Shown piece after piece: positions 38,604 to 54,376 of a stretch of 64,000 nucleotides of DNA. Position 1 is the stretch's first letter; each line of letters starts with the position of its first letter. The notes under the pieces are model-generated. The model searched no databases. It worked only from the letters and a program-made list of their open reading frames with translations, and had not been told where the DNA came from. The stretch comes from Antedon mediterranea (Eukaryota; Animalia; Echinodermata), in the NCBI RefSeq assembly GCF_964355755.1, contig NC_092677.1:14716101-14780100 (forward strand). Direction: 5' to 3'. A program made the translations under genes and the position numbers.

Positions 38604-41576
38604 GTGAGTTTGTTTTTCTATTCAATGAAACTGGCAAGAGGGGGTGGGAGGCTTAAGTCAGCCTAAATATCTACTATCAAGCCAAGTTTTCTATGTATGT
38701 TGGCTAGGACGTCCAGCTAATAAAGTAATGCCCAGCATTAGCCACCTCTCTACATAGTAGCAATACAAGAAATTTAACTTTTCATAGCTACTGTACATCT
38801 ACCAATTTCATCACATTCATAAAATCATGTTCACTATTTTATCATATATGAGATGTAATACATTTATGACAGCTTCCAGAATCGATGAGGAAGGGGCCAA
38901 TGAACTAGTGTGGTAATTAATTTTATCTCCCTTACCAAATTGAGTACAGCTGTATGTTTAACTAATTTAGTCGCTGTAGATTCGTAGGCTCCAAACAATT
39001 CATCCTGCACGTTTGCCTTTAGAGAAATACAAACATAGTATGATTTATGATATGAACAGGTGAATATTCAGTGGTCTATGATGACTAATGACCTTTAACC
39101 TTAGAGTGTAGCGCCTGCATATGTACACTTTCTAATGTACCTCCTGCTAAAATCAATTGCAAGCTTTTTGATTGAGTTTCGCAATCTTTAAAATGCCGAC
39201 ATTACAGACATAAATCCCCATCCTACTGTTCACCTGGAGTGATAGATTACTTCCATTGCCTGATGGTGAGCTTTCAACTGTGAATCAACATTTTATATAA
39301 AAAGAAAGATAGTATTTCGTTGAAACGATCAGCTGATGTTTCCAGATATAGACAATTAATTAGATTCTTCCTGATTAGCTAGCAGAGGGAGAAATATCAT
39401 TGCATTCATCACATGCATAAAATATTACAAGGAGGAATGCCATTAGCCCAACTAGCCGAAGTGTAAATCATTTATTATTTTATTTCAGTTGTCTTTAATA
39501 AAATAAATGCAAGACTCCGTCATTCTTTAAATGGCCTACTCAACGTCGTCTTGCTGCTTTCATCGCATCAGTTATTTTTTTTATTGTAAATTGGCTACTT
39601 TTTCATTATCGATAAACTTTGTAACGAAAATTGATATGCATCTTAAATCATTCATTTAATATCACTGAAGTCAAGCAAAAGGAAATATATAGTATACCAT
39701 ATAAATGTATAGTGTAGTGTTTGTGCCATAACATTTTTGATCTTAAAATTATTTTTATTTGCATAAAACACAAATAGAGTATACTTTATGTTTGTTTGTT
39801 TTGTAAAAGATTAGCAAGCGGTTGAAATTGCAGACAATAAGATACAGGCTTCAAATTCAAAAGTTCAGCATTTCATTTTACAATTTTCATGCCCTGCTCT
39901 GCCCTTTCCCTTTCTCTTCTCTCTATTCATAATTCTGGATCCACCACTGTACCTTTAACCCAATCTATACAGTGTATTGTGGGTATTTTTCATCAGAAGT
40001 GTGATATTTTTAGAAACTGTTTTATTAATATGCATTTAATATAAATAATATATAATCTGTATAACCTTGAATCATTCCATTTTATTACGATGAATTTTAT
40101 TTGCAGTTTAATATGATGCGTAAATATAACATAATCGTATTAACTGCAAACTCGACTACACTTTAATCTTTTCTTGTCACATATATTGTGGTTTTATATT
40201 AAAATTTCTGTTATATGTGCAAGTACCCTTTTATGACATTCTCCACAGTCACATACACCAGGGAGATGTTTACATCCCTGCATACACATTCAGTTTTTCT
40301 TTACCACAAGCTTATCATCCTGCTGGATCCAAATTACTTTTGATATTTACTTGTTGTCCCTCATATTATTTAGTACAATGTTGATATTTAACAAGAAGGT
40401 TTTTGAATTCTTAAAATAAATGTTAAGAAAAAGTACAATACATAAAATAATATAAAAAACACCTATTTTTGTTGACTAATATCATTGGAAGTGGAAAAGA
40501 TTAATGTAAAAAAAAATAATCATCATTGTCATTATTTTTCAAGGAGTAAATCTTTAAATGTTCAATATTATATAAATGTATCCTTTTACAGGTTGAATAT
40601 AATCTCACATTAAAAGAAAACAATATCATATTTCATGAATCAGTTTTACATTCTACCTGTCCATTGAAGATGCATTTATATACATTACACTAGTAATGAT
40701 GAATTTTAAATTCAACAGCTATATACTGAATAGTGATACTGCCATATACATTATTATCACCTTCTCATTTGCTATGTGGAAAGAATCGTATAAATTTCCA
40801 AAACATTTTTAAAAATCATCTGACGCCAAGCGATATGGAATTCTGTCTGGTATTTTTGTATAAATAAAAAGTATGTTTAATGATGGCAGGCTTGCTTATC
40901 AAACAGAAGTCTGCAATAACAGAGATTGTAGCAGTTAGAATTATTGCATGTTGACTTAACATTAGTAAATCCACAAATTATAACAATCCCTGACCGCCTC
41001 TAATGTTAAACTATTGTCCTTAATTTGACTGCTACACAAAAACAAACAAAAAAATTGTCAGTTTTTGTTTATGAGATCCATTACCAAGTTATTTGTTTTG
41101 CGTTGTAATTATATTTCTAGACAATTTTTATTTTCAAGGGAACTTTAAGTTCTTGAATTAAACACGAATTCCTAGGGTTGTCGTAAAAAGCGCAAAATTT
41201 TATTACTTAGCAGAAATGGAAGCTTTATCTTTAAATCCTTGTAAGATTGCAACAGAATATTGTTTATATTCTCTGGCAACTTCAACTAATTGTGTGAACA
41301 AAGAATATAAAACGACATTTCTGCACAGTTGTTCATCGGTAAAAGCATTCCATGCAATGGGGAAAAGCATACACGTAAAATAATAAATTTGGTTTTGATG
41401 CAATGATAACAGCATCTTCAATCTAAAGCGAAAATAAAATAAAAATTGTACGTTTAGTTTTATGTGATGATTTGAAATTGTGTTAAATAAAGAAAGAAGT
41501 ATTACCATTCGCACCAATGTCTAAAGGGAAACACCCTCTAAAATTGTAAAATTCTTCTTTCTTCAGTGAATAAGAG

Positions 41577-41618
41577 AAATTCTTCTGGAATTAAGAAAAA
41601 TTCTTCTGGAATTAAGAA
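41577..41618. repeat. 21-bp tandem duplication
   Basis: aaattcttctggaattaagaa x2. Confidence 0.85.
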
Positions 41619-44600
41619 ATATAGATTAACATAGGCTACACGGGGGCTGGGGGTTAACATTAAGAGAAGGATTTCAAAATACGGTAGTAGTGGGCGTAAA
41701 ATTGTAGGAATTGTGCTGCTTGGTTGTTGACTAGTGACTGTACCAAGCCACACAACTCAGGATAAAATTCAGTACAGTTTAAGTGCAGTATCTCGTCAAA
41801 ATATTTAATAGTAAATATTTTTAATATCATTTATATTCAGCAGAAACTATTATTAATGACAGATATTTGACTTTAGATATTCAATGAATAATTTAGAAAA
41901 CAACTTTTTTTAATCTCTACAAAATTTTATTCATTTAAATGCATTGCATTTCAATTCAAATGATTTATTGAAATAAAAATTAATTTTATAACATTTGGTT
42001 GCAAATTTGGTTAGCTAGAATCTATTAGTATTAATTCATACAATAATAGTGTGTTCCTTAGAGTGGGTAGTTTTTATTCGTTTAAAATTGAAAAGAAAAT
42101 TGCTTGTTATTCTATTATAATATAATATAAATTCTTATTCCATTATTAAATTATTCAATAATTGTTAAAAATTTAATAATAAATGTTTTGGTCATTAATG
42201 CCATTCGAATGAATCCCCCTTTTCCCCACAAACTAGAAACCAGCAGCGAAAGTGATAGTATAGGCCTAAACTACTACGTCGTGAGGTGGTTACCCGAATG
42301 ATCGTAAAATCAAAACGGTACTGGGTATGACCAACTAGCGTTCTTGTCACCAACTAGCCATCCATTCATAGAAGTACTAGCTGCTCATGATAAGTTTTTC
42401 TCATAAAGAACCTTGTATATCCTGGTTACAGGCCTAAATTATCACATGCAGGTTTATAAACTCATCTCAGACCCACTGCAATCCTTGGCCTTGACTGACA
42501 GGTTGCAGATTATAGCCAGGTTGTCAGTTTAATCTCAAAATTCCATCTAATCTGCACCCTTTCTATTTATTGGCAAACATTTCATATAGTTCAGTGATTT
42601 ACTGTAAACTTGAATTCCTAGATCTTTAACATAAGTCACTTTTGTGGTTGACCTCTTGTAAATGATACACAGTAGTCTGGACTAAACCAATAGGTCACAT
42701 TGGCATCTCACCAGCTCACCCAAACTTCATTTGCTTATTTTATTCCTCACTGTGAATATGTTGATCTTGGGCTGTAGTGTATAGTAGGTGTAGTAGAAAA
42801 ACTAGACCTTGGATTAGACCTTGAATTGATAGAACCAAGTTTATCACATTGGTGTTGACATTAATGTCAGCATATAAATCAAATCAAAAGAGTTGCTTGA
42901 TAAATTTATGACTATTGAATCATCTAAACAATTAAGAAAATGCCAAATATTATCAATACAATCTTGAAATATTTTGGGGAATGACAATACATATAACATA
43001 TTCAGACTGTAGAATTACATTGCAACACAAATGCAAGGATATTATAATATTATTCAGTATGCATGTTCTAACTTCTATTTAGCCTACAGTAGTACAGTTA
43101 ACAGGTAAAATGAGATTTAGCCTTTCCACTGAAAAAAAAAGCTTTCAACCACATCAGTACTCTGCACTCAAAATACTTATTCAAAGTGAAAGATGTTAAA
43201 AGATAAACAGTACTAACTTTCAGTAATTTTTGAAGAAAATGTCATGCCTAATTCAGTAGTGCTTTGAGATTAGAAAATTTATCGTACCCAGAACTATAGC
43301 TAATGGCAGTTGGTAAAAGTCTTCATTGAAGATTATTACATGTGCTGGTCTATCTGTCTTTGACAAACATGATTTATTGAAGTAAAGTCTTCATCCTTAC
43401 ATCTGGAGATTTCCTAATAATGAATCTATAAATTAGAAACGATACAGTATGTTTCATTCTTTTGTCAAACATTAGCATAACATAACAAGAAATAAGGATA
43501 ATATTTAATAATGTTTAGAAAGTTTCAGCATAAGGAGAATGTTGATATCATAAATATGTTCCTACTAAATTGTTCAATTGTCACATTTTGGTTACGTTTA
43601 TGTTTAATTACAAGGTTGTAGGGGTTGATAATGTCCATATTTTAAGAAAAATCTTTTTATAATTACATATTTAATTGTCTTATTAAACTCTAAACCCAGT
43701 TCTTATGCTTTGGCCCTTGATAATTACCAGAAATTTACATAAATTCATTTTGTAAAATGTTTTTCAATTGGTTTATTTAAAAACAAATCTATAAGCTTTG
43801 TAGGATTTTTGTGTGATAACACGATTTGAACTACTTCTTTCATAATTTAGCACGATGCCAACTACTTCAGTTTTTTTGTAAATAAATACTGTTAATGAAT
43901 TCATTAGTTATTAATTCATGGAACTTTCACAACTCATTGTTTATACAGTATATGAGTCCCGAGAGAATTGATAGTTAAATGTTGTTATTTTGGTCAACCC
44001 CCATAGAGATAATTTCCAAGCTTATTCATGTCAACAGTATTTTTAGGGATTACCACTAGCACGCAATAAAGTAGAATTGCAATTACTTTGAAAACAAACT
44101 AAATTTATATTTAAAGATGTAATTATATTCAGATTTAGATTTTTATTATCAATATAGATAGATTTAATTTGCTGAAATTGTTTTGAAAAACAGCGTAACA
44201 AAAATTAGATCTACAGTTAAATATGGTAAAAACTATACTACAGTTGAGTAGTTCAAAGATTTTTATAAGAATATCGTGATATATTGCTATTTCTTGGAAG
44301 ATATTCAATGTTTTTTAAACATGTTTATAACATTGATTGAAATGGGTTTTTTTTATGCAAAGCAGTAGATTCTGAATATTTTATTTTTACAATTCATCAA
44401 AACATTCTTAGTTTCGTTTGAACTTTAAATTCTGGATTTTGCCAAAGTCTATTTGAAATTATTTCATTGTTTTGTTCAAGGAATGATACAAATGATGCCA
44501 TCGATCTTCAGAAATGCGACAAATTCATAATTGTAATGGCACATGCATTATTCCCTGTCAAGGTTCATTTAAGTTAGCATCCCACTTTGTCATGCTATCA

Positions 44601-47600
44601 AAGTATAATTAGACCTATATACAGAGTGTATGCCTGTAACCGTTAAATTTATTAGATTAATATGAGGCAATCTTATGTTCCTTTTTGACAAGTGCATAAG
44701 AGTGAACAGTGAGTGCATGTGCATATAGCCTCTAATTGGTTACAAAGATTTATGTTTGCATATTCACATAACAACAAATGCAATACTAATGGTGGTGTGG
44801 TACTGCATAACTAGCATTTTCCACATACAGAATGGCTAAAGAGGATTATGTTTATGAAGGATGAAATGAGAAAAGAATTATGTGATAGTAAAACGCACAA
44901 TTATTAAAACAGTTGCTGCTATATGAATAATGTTTTCATTTACTACTTTATTTCAGAAATTGAGAAATAAAACATGAGTAATTTTTTAGTGCATTTTAAA
45001 TTAATTCCTAAAAATACACAAAGATCCAAAAACGTCATGCTATAAAATGAAGATTATGTGTATGTAACATTCAAAACATTTATACAAATCTACTTGACAT
45101 TTACAATGCAAGCAATAGTTTGCCAGTTAAAATGACTATGAATAGTGAAATGCATATCTCTGTCCAATTTGCATCATATAGGCCGGATTGAATGTTCCTT
45201 GTTGTATAGTCAACTTGTTTAAAAACTTGCATACAAGTGAAATTGTGTTTTCTTTCTTAACCATAAAAATGCATGATAGATAAACAAGAACCAAACAGTG
45301 TTGATTTTGGAAGCTATAATACTTTAATTAATTTATTAAACACTGAAAATGGTTATAGATCCAAAGTATATAAAACCATTTTACAGCATTTAGTCAGCAG
45401 TTCCTTAAATTCCAGGCAAGTCTCGGTCTCCCATATTACTAATTGCTCAAATCGTTCCAACAGCAATTCTAATCAAGTTTAGCTTTGCTACCGTATCGAG
45501 TTAACCTTCCTCAGGCGACAGTCTTCGCTACCAAGTTCAACAAATTGACCAGGTGGATGTGCTTGAAAAACAAGCCACTGCGCCACCAACACTAAATTGA
45601 CGTAAAATCACCTCACTAATTTCATTGTTACCTTGAGGTAATTTTTGTTACAGTAATTTCAAACTTTGGACAGTATTACTTAGTTTTGTGTCATGACAAG
45701 TTTTTTTTCAACCAAAATGTATTTTCTTTCTGATTGATACATCAGTTAGTAGTAAGCCTTACCTCAATATTGAATTTGTAATATCTTTTAGACCAAAGTT
45801 ATCTATTTTAAAACTATAGAACCAATTGTGTGTCTTCTTTTTTTGGATGTCTATATGGTGTCATGTCGCAAAGCAGGGTTTTTACCGTATTCTTACTTAT
45901 TTTATTAAGATTAAGATTTTACATCTCTCTGTTTTATGTTTGACCTCCCTTTTTTCTGACTACGATTTTAAAAACCTTGTCTGAATACAATAGTATAAAT
46001 AAAACTCAAGTAGATTTGCTAATACTAGTATCTTTTATTTATTAAGAAACTTATCTAAATTTAGTAAATATTAGAAGTAAGCAGAATAACGTATGCATCA
46101 AGGTGTCCGGGCATGACAGTTCTTCAGAAATATGCGTTTTTAAATGGTGTTAAGATATCCATTTTGGTGAATATTAATCAGGCTTGAATGTTACCCCTTG
46201 AGGGGCATTGGGGCCAAAAGGATTTATGATCGTCCTTGGTCTACTTGGTTGGAATAGTTGATGTTTGCAATTGAATATATTATATTAAAGTTTCTCTCAA
46301 TCTCAATACACATATCAATAAATATATTCTATCTATTTGTCTACTGCTCTGACTTTTGGATTCATAATCAATTCAAATAGTAAGATAAAGAGACCATGAT
46401 GTTTGATGCTCACTTTTTGGAAGTACTGTAGATGATTTTTAATAACTCATTTCTCTACGTTGTGTTTTTTAGTGATGTAATTTTCAAAAATGATGTAACA
46501 TACACTGTTTAAGAGATGTAGCTTGCTCCATATTTGTATGTTATGACATAACGTTCTGGAGACATGACACTCTTTCTAGTTGCCTAACCTTGAAGACGAT
46601 ATTAAAGTTAGATAGATTTACTGTACAGCATTATTATTGACAGTCCCACTGTTGCTATTTCAATATCACATTACTATATGATATGTGCAGTAATACTGTA
46701 CATATCATAGTAAAATCAACATTGAAGAAGAGGCTATCCAACAATATTAGCATTATTAGGTCAACCGGATAGAATTTCGTTAAGTCTAAAATAAGATCTT
46801 CAGGAAAACTCCATGCATTATTTTCCGGTCATGTGTCCATCGTCTTAATTCCTAATTCCTGCTGTGATTTTACATGAATACCTATACAGTATTATTTTCA
46901 TTAGCTGTTGTTAGTAGATTCTTACTAACCTGTGCATACTATTGGAATTTTACTGTATTAAATATAAAAAATAATCTGCAACAATATATAAAAAGTGGTC
47001 AATTATAACTGTAAACAAGAGCTTTTAAAAAATGTTGAATTGAAGTGCTTGTTACGAAAATGCAACCATATTTAAATACATTTTCAATTCTAATAAACTA
47101 TATATTTGGAGAAAAAGAAATCGTAAGTGTGCAGCCACTTAATTTGTAAAGTATGTAAAGCTAACATGGTTTATAGCGCTAATTGTTTCTTCAGTTGCGA
47201 AAGATACTTCTGTTTATTATCCTTTGTGGAATTCAACGCTTGGGGCTAAGAGAACTGAAGATAGATCCAATTTAGATGAAGTAGAGATATCAGAATGTGT
47301 TACAATTGAAACCTTGCAAGGTATGCTGGGTCCTTTTAAATATTGGGATTAAAAAAATCATTTCTGGCCAATCATCAATGCGATGCAATATTGAGGAATC
47401 ACACTAATATGAAAAAAGATGATATTTGTATAAACTGTCTAATTTACCTGGATAAACTGAAAATAGCCCATGCTCTCCTGATGGAGAGGAACGTTACAGA
47501 AAGATGGACTATTCTGCCATCTCTGTGTTTATAATACATTTTACGAGCTGTTTTTTTTTTCACCATAATACATACATAATTGATTAATTTTGTTTGAAAC

Positions 47601-50600
47601 CCTTTTCACACCTTTAAGTCATGTCTTGTATATTGTGATTTTTCTCATGAGAATTTCCACCCACCATCGTGTTTCTATGGTGAGACTCTACTGCTGTAGT
47701 ATGCATAATTTCCATTCGAATGTGTCAACAGCGTTTATACAGAAAATACAAAGGTGAGAAATGTTCGCGCCATACATTGAGATTCAAAGAACATAACATA
47801 CTTTGTAGAAAGTAGACATTTAAATTAATTAATTTAAAGCAAAATGCTCTAGGCATGCTGTTTGGACAATTTGAATTTAGTTGTATCTGTTTTAATAATT
47901 CTATTTCGGTTATTGGTATTCTTGATAAATTTTTAAAGATTTCATTTGAATAATAACTGCGGGCAATTGTTCAGAATGTTTAAGTATGAACTTAAAGTAC
48001 GCCTCATGATCAACCGAGTTCTGTTATTGAACATTGCGTGGTAATGGTACCTACAATTAAGTAAAGAAAGGTGTACTAATAGTTTATGCTACCTTTGATT
48101 ATGTTAAGTTTCATACACATTAGAAATTAGTTATCTGCTATGAATAGTACAATCACTTTCATAGAAAAAAGTTAAATAATTGTGTTTTCACTTATAAAAA
48201 GACAAAATAAATGGTTAAATTGAACCAGAAACCCATTGATATAGTTTTTTCAGGTTTTTTTTTCCAATCCAATTTTTTTTCAAAGTGAGTATATGTGACA
48301 TTAAAATGGCATATTCAACAAAACATTTTTTTCCCCAAAATTTTCCATGTGAAGTTTTATGAGTGTATCTTCTATTTTTAATTGTTAGAATCTTTTCTTA
48401 GTTTAACTTTAATAGGGAGCATTTTATCATGATCCAAAGTCATGTCTTCCAAACTTTTTTATGCAAACTTTGGTAGGACAATCTTTAACTTATAGATTGT
48501 TTTGTTGTTAAAAATAGAGCTACTTCTAAATATATCTTAAAAACAAGACATGTTTATTTACGTCTATTTCTTTGCAAATTTGTACATGCATATCATCATT
48601 ACTTTTAGAATCTTTTTAAAGTATATAGTTTAACTTGAATAGTCTAAAAACAGACTTCTTCCAACTTCAAATATAATTCATTTTCATCACTTGTAAAATA
48701 GATTTGTTATAAATGTGAACTAACCTACATAGTGTGCTCTTTATGTCATACTTTTTCCATCAAGTTTGCAGTATATGATCAAAATGTCATTCTTATGGGA
48801 CATATTAATATAAAATTGGTCATATCTGATCACATTTGAGCATTCTCAGAAAACGAAAATGAGTTTACTTGAACTAATATAATTAATCTGTTTGATGGAA
48901 TTTAGAAGCATGTCCTAATTTGGTTCTTGATTATATTTCTTTACATTAATCTATATATTCCTACATTCCATTGAGTAAATTTCCTTCTTTCAAAAACAGA
49001 AAAATGCAAAAAATGATATTAAAGTGAGAGATGAATTATAAATCAACAACTGTACACATTCAAATGTCTAATCATTTTTTACTGTACTCCTAGGGAGACG
49101 TCCTTTTTATATTACAGATTTTTTTTCCCATTAACAAACACTTTATTGTTTAATACTATTGTGCCAAAACTTTCTACATTCCATCTTGCTTTAATCATTT
49201 TTTTTGCAAGTAAATATTTGTATCTAATAATAGATTACCTAGAAGCCATATATCATCCTGTTTTTTATATATAAATATTTTTATTATTCAGCCGTAACAT
49301 AGCTAAACAATAGCTTTGGGCACCTTTCACATATTTATTTGATGGAATAAATGGCCCATGTTAGTATGGCACAAGGGATCATTTAATAACACTATTGTAA
49401 TCAGTTCTTAGCATTTTTAGTTGCCTTAGGTACTTAGACAGTATCTAGGCTAAGGATATAGTCATACTGTCTTTATGAATGAATCTATATTAAAGCTTTT
49501 TTTTTTAATAACCTGAGGTGTCAATTTTTATACATGGTATTCACTGTGGACAAGATAATCATGTAATGCTATTTTAGGCTAATCCAAGGCATATAAAGTA
49601 GAATTAATCAATCATAATTGTGTTGAAAATTTTCCTTAACCATATTATCATTTATGTCATAAATCATTGATTAAAATTACTCTATAGTTTAAGATTAAGT
49701 TTAAACATAATAAATTACATTTTCCTTTTCTTGTCCAAATGGTAAATAAGTTAGCCATTAATTTTATAAATTCAATCCCCTGTTACAGCACCCAAAAATG
49801 TAAATGATACATTTTCTACATCATATCAGCCTTGCAGTCAAATGGAGTTGATGAAATACATGGAAAATACACACACATACATCAAATGTATTGTCTTTTT
49901 GGCAGGTTTGGCTTTCTATAGAATACTGTATATTACATCATATGATAACCATATTCTTCAATCACTTGTCAAACTGCTAGATCTCTCCACCTGTATATCT
50001 AACATGTCACCAATTTGCCATCTGATAATGTTTCTAAAATTCCTTATCAAGTAAATTTCTTCCTGCTAATTATTGAGTAGGTCGATGTTCTAGAAAGTCT
50101 AACACAAATCAGTTGTAATTAGTTGTTTAGTTTTACATGATATCTTAATCAGAGACTGTACTAGTGTCTTTCATAAATTGAAGTTTTAGTTTCAGATTCA
50201 AAATTCATTTAAGTTTAAGTATTCTTATGGTGACTATAGTATTAGTAAAAATATTGGTAGGCCTACTGGTATGTAGAATTCAATTAACTAACAGTGTAAT
50301 GATACTCTTGTACAATCTAGCACAACTACACATACAGTACACACAAGAATTCAGCGTTTGACAGTTGCTGTCATAGTTATAAATAGAAACATGTTTATCC
50401 ATTGTATTGAGAATGAGACAATAAATTGAACCTTAGAAATCAAACACACTTCTTTAAATTAGAATTAAATTTACAAATGCATCGGTAGAAAATAATGTTA
50501 TAAATCTGGCGCCTAATTCATCTAAGTAACGCATCAAATTCAAATTGTCAAATGTCCTTTCACAGTAACAGGATTCTTGACATATTTATATTTTGACACA

Positions 50601-50887
50601 GAATTTGTCTGGGTTTCCATTCTTTTTATTTTCTCTCTATGTTTTCATTGTAATTATTATGATGTTCAATTTCGTAGGAATACTTGCTATCATCTACTGC
50701 ATAAAACATACTGTACATTGATGATATATTTATATGTGACTTTGTAAAAAGTTCACTAAACTGTTAGATTCTAATTATGTTTTATTTCATTAAAATACTG
50801 TTTTAATGATAATAAATACTTGACATTTAAACATAAACACTTTTTAATCATCTTTTTTATAATTAAGTAAAAGTATACAAACCATTT

Positions 50888-50938
50888 TGCCAACTTTATG
50901 AATGCCAACTTTATGAATGCCAACTTTATGAATGCCAA
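50888..50938. repeat. 15-bp tandem repeat x3.4
   Basis: tgccaactttatgaa x3 plus tgccaa. Confidence 0.95.
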
Positions 50939-53845
50939 TTTAAAGCAATAATAATCATATAGGTACAAAAAATGAGTACAGTATGATTTGAGCCACACCT
51001 CTATTTGATGAAAACTAAAAATTATCTGCATTTTAGATATGACTATTGTTTTAAGAGAATTTTTTATAAACTGAAATTTGATCACGATATTTAGGCCAAC
51101 AGCTGGTTGACTTTTATGTTTGTATGGATTCACCATTCACATTTATGTCTCATTAGTCATTGAGTATGTGAAACTTATTTTTAAATGGCCTGTCAATTTT
51201 AAAAAAATGGTTTTCGAGAATATTATTTTCACACATTTCACGTTTAACTATACCAAGACCAGTAATATTCCTTCACAGAACATTACTGCACAAATCATGC
51301 AATCCACTATCAACATCTCTATAATTTGTTAATTATCACTTAATATACAAAAGTTTAGCTCATCATCATTTTCAGGTCTTATCATCATATCTGTGTTGTG
51401 ATTTCTCATTGTTTGTCATTGGTATTGTTAAGACATAGACATTTCATCAATTTGTTAGAGTAAACGTTTTTGTTTGAAGCTCATAATTTTAGCTAATTTG
51501 TTACCATAACGTATAAACAAACCGTCTACAATACTTCAAAACATTTTGATTCTAGCAACAACACAAATGAAGATCCTCAACCAATATTAATTAGTATTAA
51601 GAGAGGTTTACGACAACACAATTAATTTCATTATCTTATTCAACTCTTAATTGCCGTGCAGAACGAAATCCGAGAAGGCTTTGCGACAACTTCAAGTGTG
51701 TCAACTCGTAGAAATCTTGGTAATCAAACCGCGTCTTATCAGTCGTGTAGGATGACTGATACAATTCAGACAATGACTGGGGATAAGTAGAATAGAAGTC
51801 GGTGGCGACACAGCTATATCACATTGCAATAAACCTCTCAGTCAAATATCCTCTCACTCACAACAATACTTTGTATTGAATTAGTCAATCAAAATGTAAT
51901 AGGGTTTTTTTTTTATTCGTTCAATATTTTTTCAGTGGTGCACGAGATTGATTATTCGATTGAGTTCATACTAAACTGTATAATAAATGTAGATTAGAAA
52001 ACCAACAGAAGTTATGAATCTTATCATTGCAATTGGCTATAAAGTTTATTTTATTTTTTATTAATGCATTATTTTAGATACCGTTACTGAAACAACAACA
52101 TTATTCGTTAGATGCAGGTGTCTTCTAATGCTATGATAAAAACGATTCGGAATAAGTAAGGTAGAATAAAACGATAAATTCAGAATCTGCCAGATAATGC
52201 CTACCTAGGCCATTAAATGAGTTCATGAGCAGTTAACAGAAGACCCTGGGAGCCTTGTCTAGCTGTAATGGCAACAAAATAGCTATGATAGATGGTCTGT
52301 GTATTTATGTGTTTGTATGTTCTGAAGGTTTTTTTAAAGCTGTATTGCCAATCCCCATGGAATTCACAAAACTTGTGAAAAGGTCAACAGAGGTCAGCTA
52401 TTTTTTTTTTAGAATTGTGTAGGTTATATCTCATATTTTTAGTTAAACTTATGTTTCACATTGCACAATAATACTCAATTCAATGGAAAATAACTAATGA
52501 CAAAATGTGCAGTATAGTCTGGAATCTGGAAAAACAATGATGATAGGTAAATGGCTATTGTATCATGTCATTAGAATTGCAGTCAAAATAATAACTTTTT
52601 CCATACCATATGTAATTTGTAACACACTTGTTAGTAGAGAAACAATAGCTTTTGGTTCACAAGGGAATAAGTTCATCATTAAAAGCATATACACATTTCA
52701 CATTTATGTGAAAAACAAAACAAAAAAGAGGATGTGTAAAAACAAACATGAAAATGAATAAACCTAAAAACTAAAATATATGGTACATGCAAAGTAAAGA
52801 ATTCTTATCTAAATTTAATCAACAAATGTTATTTTACACTGCAGTCAACACTTGTCGTTATAATTAGAACAAGCAAGACCTATTTTACTGTTTCTCTATT
52901 AGTATTATCTGATAAGGAGAGTTAATTAGAGGCTATGACACTTCATTTTAGACTGTTTATAACCTACTGCTACTGCTATGTAAACTCTCTGAACATGTTC
53001 TACCTTGAATTGGCTTGTTTAGTGCGATAAAACTGTATTCTTAATCTTAGAAAAAGTTCATTATAACCATAGAAAGTCTCAAGATTATTTAAGTTACGGG
53101 ATATAGTTTCAATTTTGCACTTTATATATTATTTTGTATATTTTAGTAAGCTAAGATGAAAGAAACAGTATCTATCTATTTTATTTAAACTTGCTTTTTT
53201 TGAAAATAAAAGTTAATGAACAAAGAATGAAATGAGCCCCAATTGGCCCAGTCATCTCAAACCAATTACTTTGTTATGAGTTTATTTATACTGTTCTGCT
53301 ACATCTGTATCAACCTCTGATCTTTTCTCTTCCTATTTTATCTTTTTTTCCATCAATATTTTCAATCTTTCATCTATCAAATCTAGGACAAAATGCATCT
53401 TGGCTGTGTAAGGGCCATAAAAAGGAAACAAATACTAGTGTGATTATATGTTTTATTGGACTTCAGAGTACAGGTAGTAGTCTAGTCCTTAAAACTTCAA
53501 TTTGCAATAATGATAAGATTTCAAGTATTCCATCATCGAGTTTCTTCCATTGGGAATAGGCAAAATGGAGTGTGTCAGCTTACAGATTTATTAGTAATTT
53601 TAATCCCAAAGGAAGTTTTTCAGCTGTATATTAGTTTATTTATTTCATTTTTATAGATATCATCACATTTATTTGATGACAAATTATTAAAAAGTGTAAC
53701 AGAATTGCAAAATAAAAATCTTCAAAACCATATTTTCATCGTCATATATTAGTACTTTATTATACTATGAAACAATCTTCCTTTCTAGTAGTAGATGCCA
53801 ACTATAATAACTCAGAGTTGGCTACAGTTATAATTATAACAATAA

Positions 53846-54376
53846 AGCCCCATTCCCTACGTTTTTTTTAATTTAAGATCACAAACTATATTTAATGTAA
53901 AAATAATACTATATGGTCCTATTGCGATAACTTTTTTTCGTCTTTAAACGGTTAAAAATGTGAAAAATAAATCGATTCTAATAATTATAGCGGCCCGCTA
54001 TAAATCCCAAAATGCATTGCGCGCGGATTGATATTTTGTTTGTCTCCTAACTTTTCAGCGAAAATACCGGGTTTTCCCCAATTAATGCAGCAACTATACA
54101 ACGTCAGGCTAGGTATATAGCTAGCGTACGATGTTCGTACGTTATCGATGTTTACCAGCTAGGCCTACAAAACTAAGCCTAGCTAGGCTAGGCTTAAGAC
54201 CGTCCACGAGAGGTCAATCGCCGCGAGCTACTTAGGTAGTGCATTGTTTCTCACTTTTTATCATAATTTACCATAAAACGTACATTTAAGACAAGGAATG
54301 ACATGGTTTAATGTTTTTAAAGTGATATATATGTATTATTTTCAAAAAAACGTCCAAAATTGCAGGGAAGGGGTCT
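53846..54376. mobile_element. Kolobok-like non-autonomous element (MITE), copy 1, 531 bp
   Basis: Termini AGCCCCATTCCCT / AGGGAAGGGGTCT (imperfect TIR, AG...CT ends), flanked by ATAA and TTAA. It is nearly identical to 56441-56958 outside the central indels. Confidence 0.85.

Noticed and set aside
38399-38656. 85-aa ORF as a stand-alone gene
   Set aside because: Only 38444-38603 is exon. The flanks are the polypyrimidine tract and donor-side intron, and the ORF start is a TTG.
50771-51136. 121-aa ORF with KLAFI repeats
   Set aside because: The repeats come from a 15-bp tandem DNA repeat, and the composition is typical of random AT-rich ORFs.
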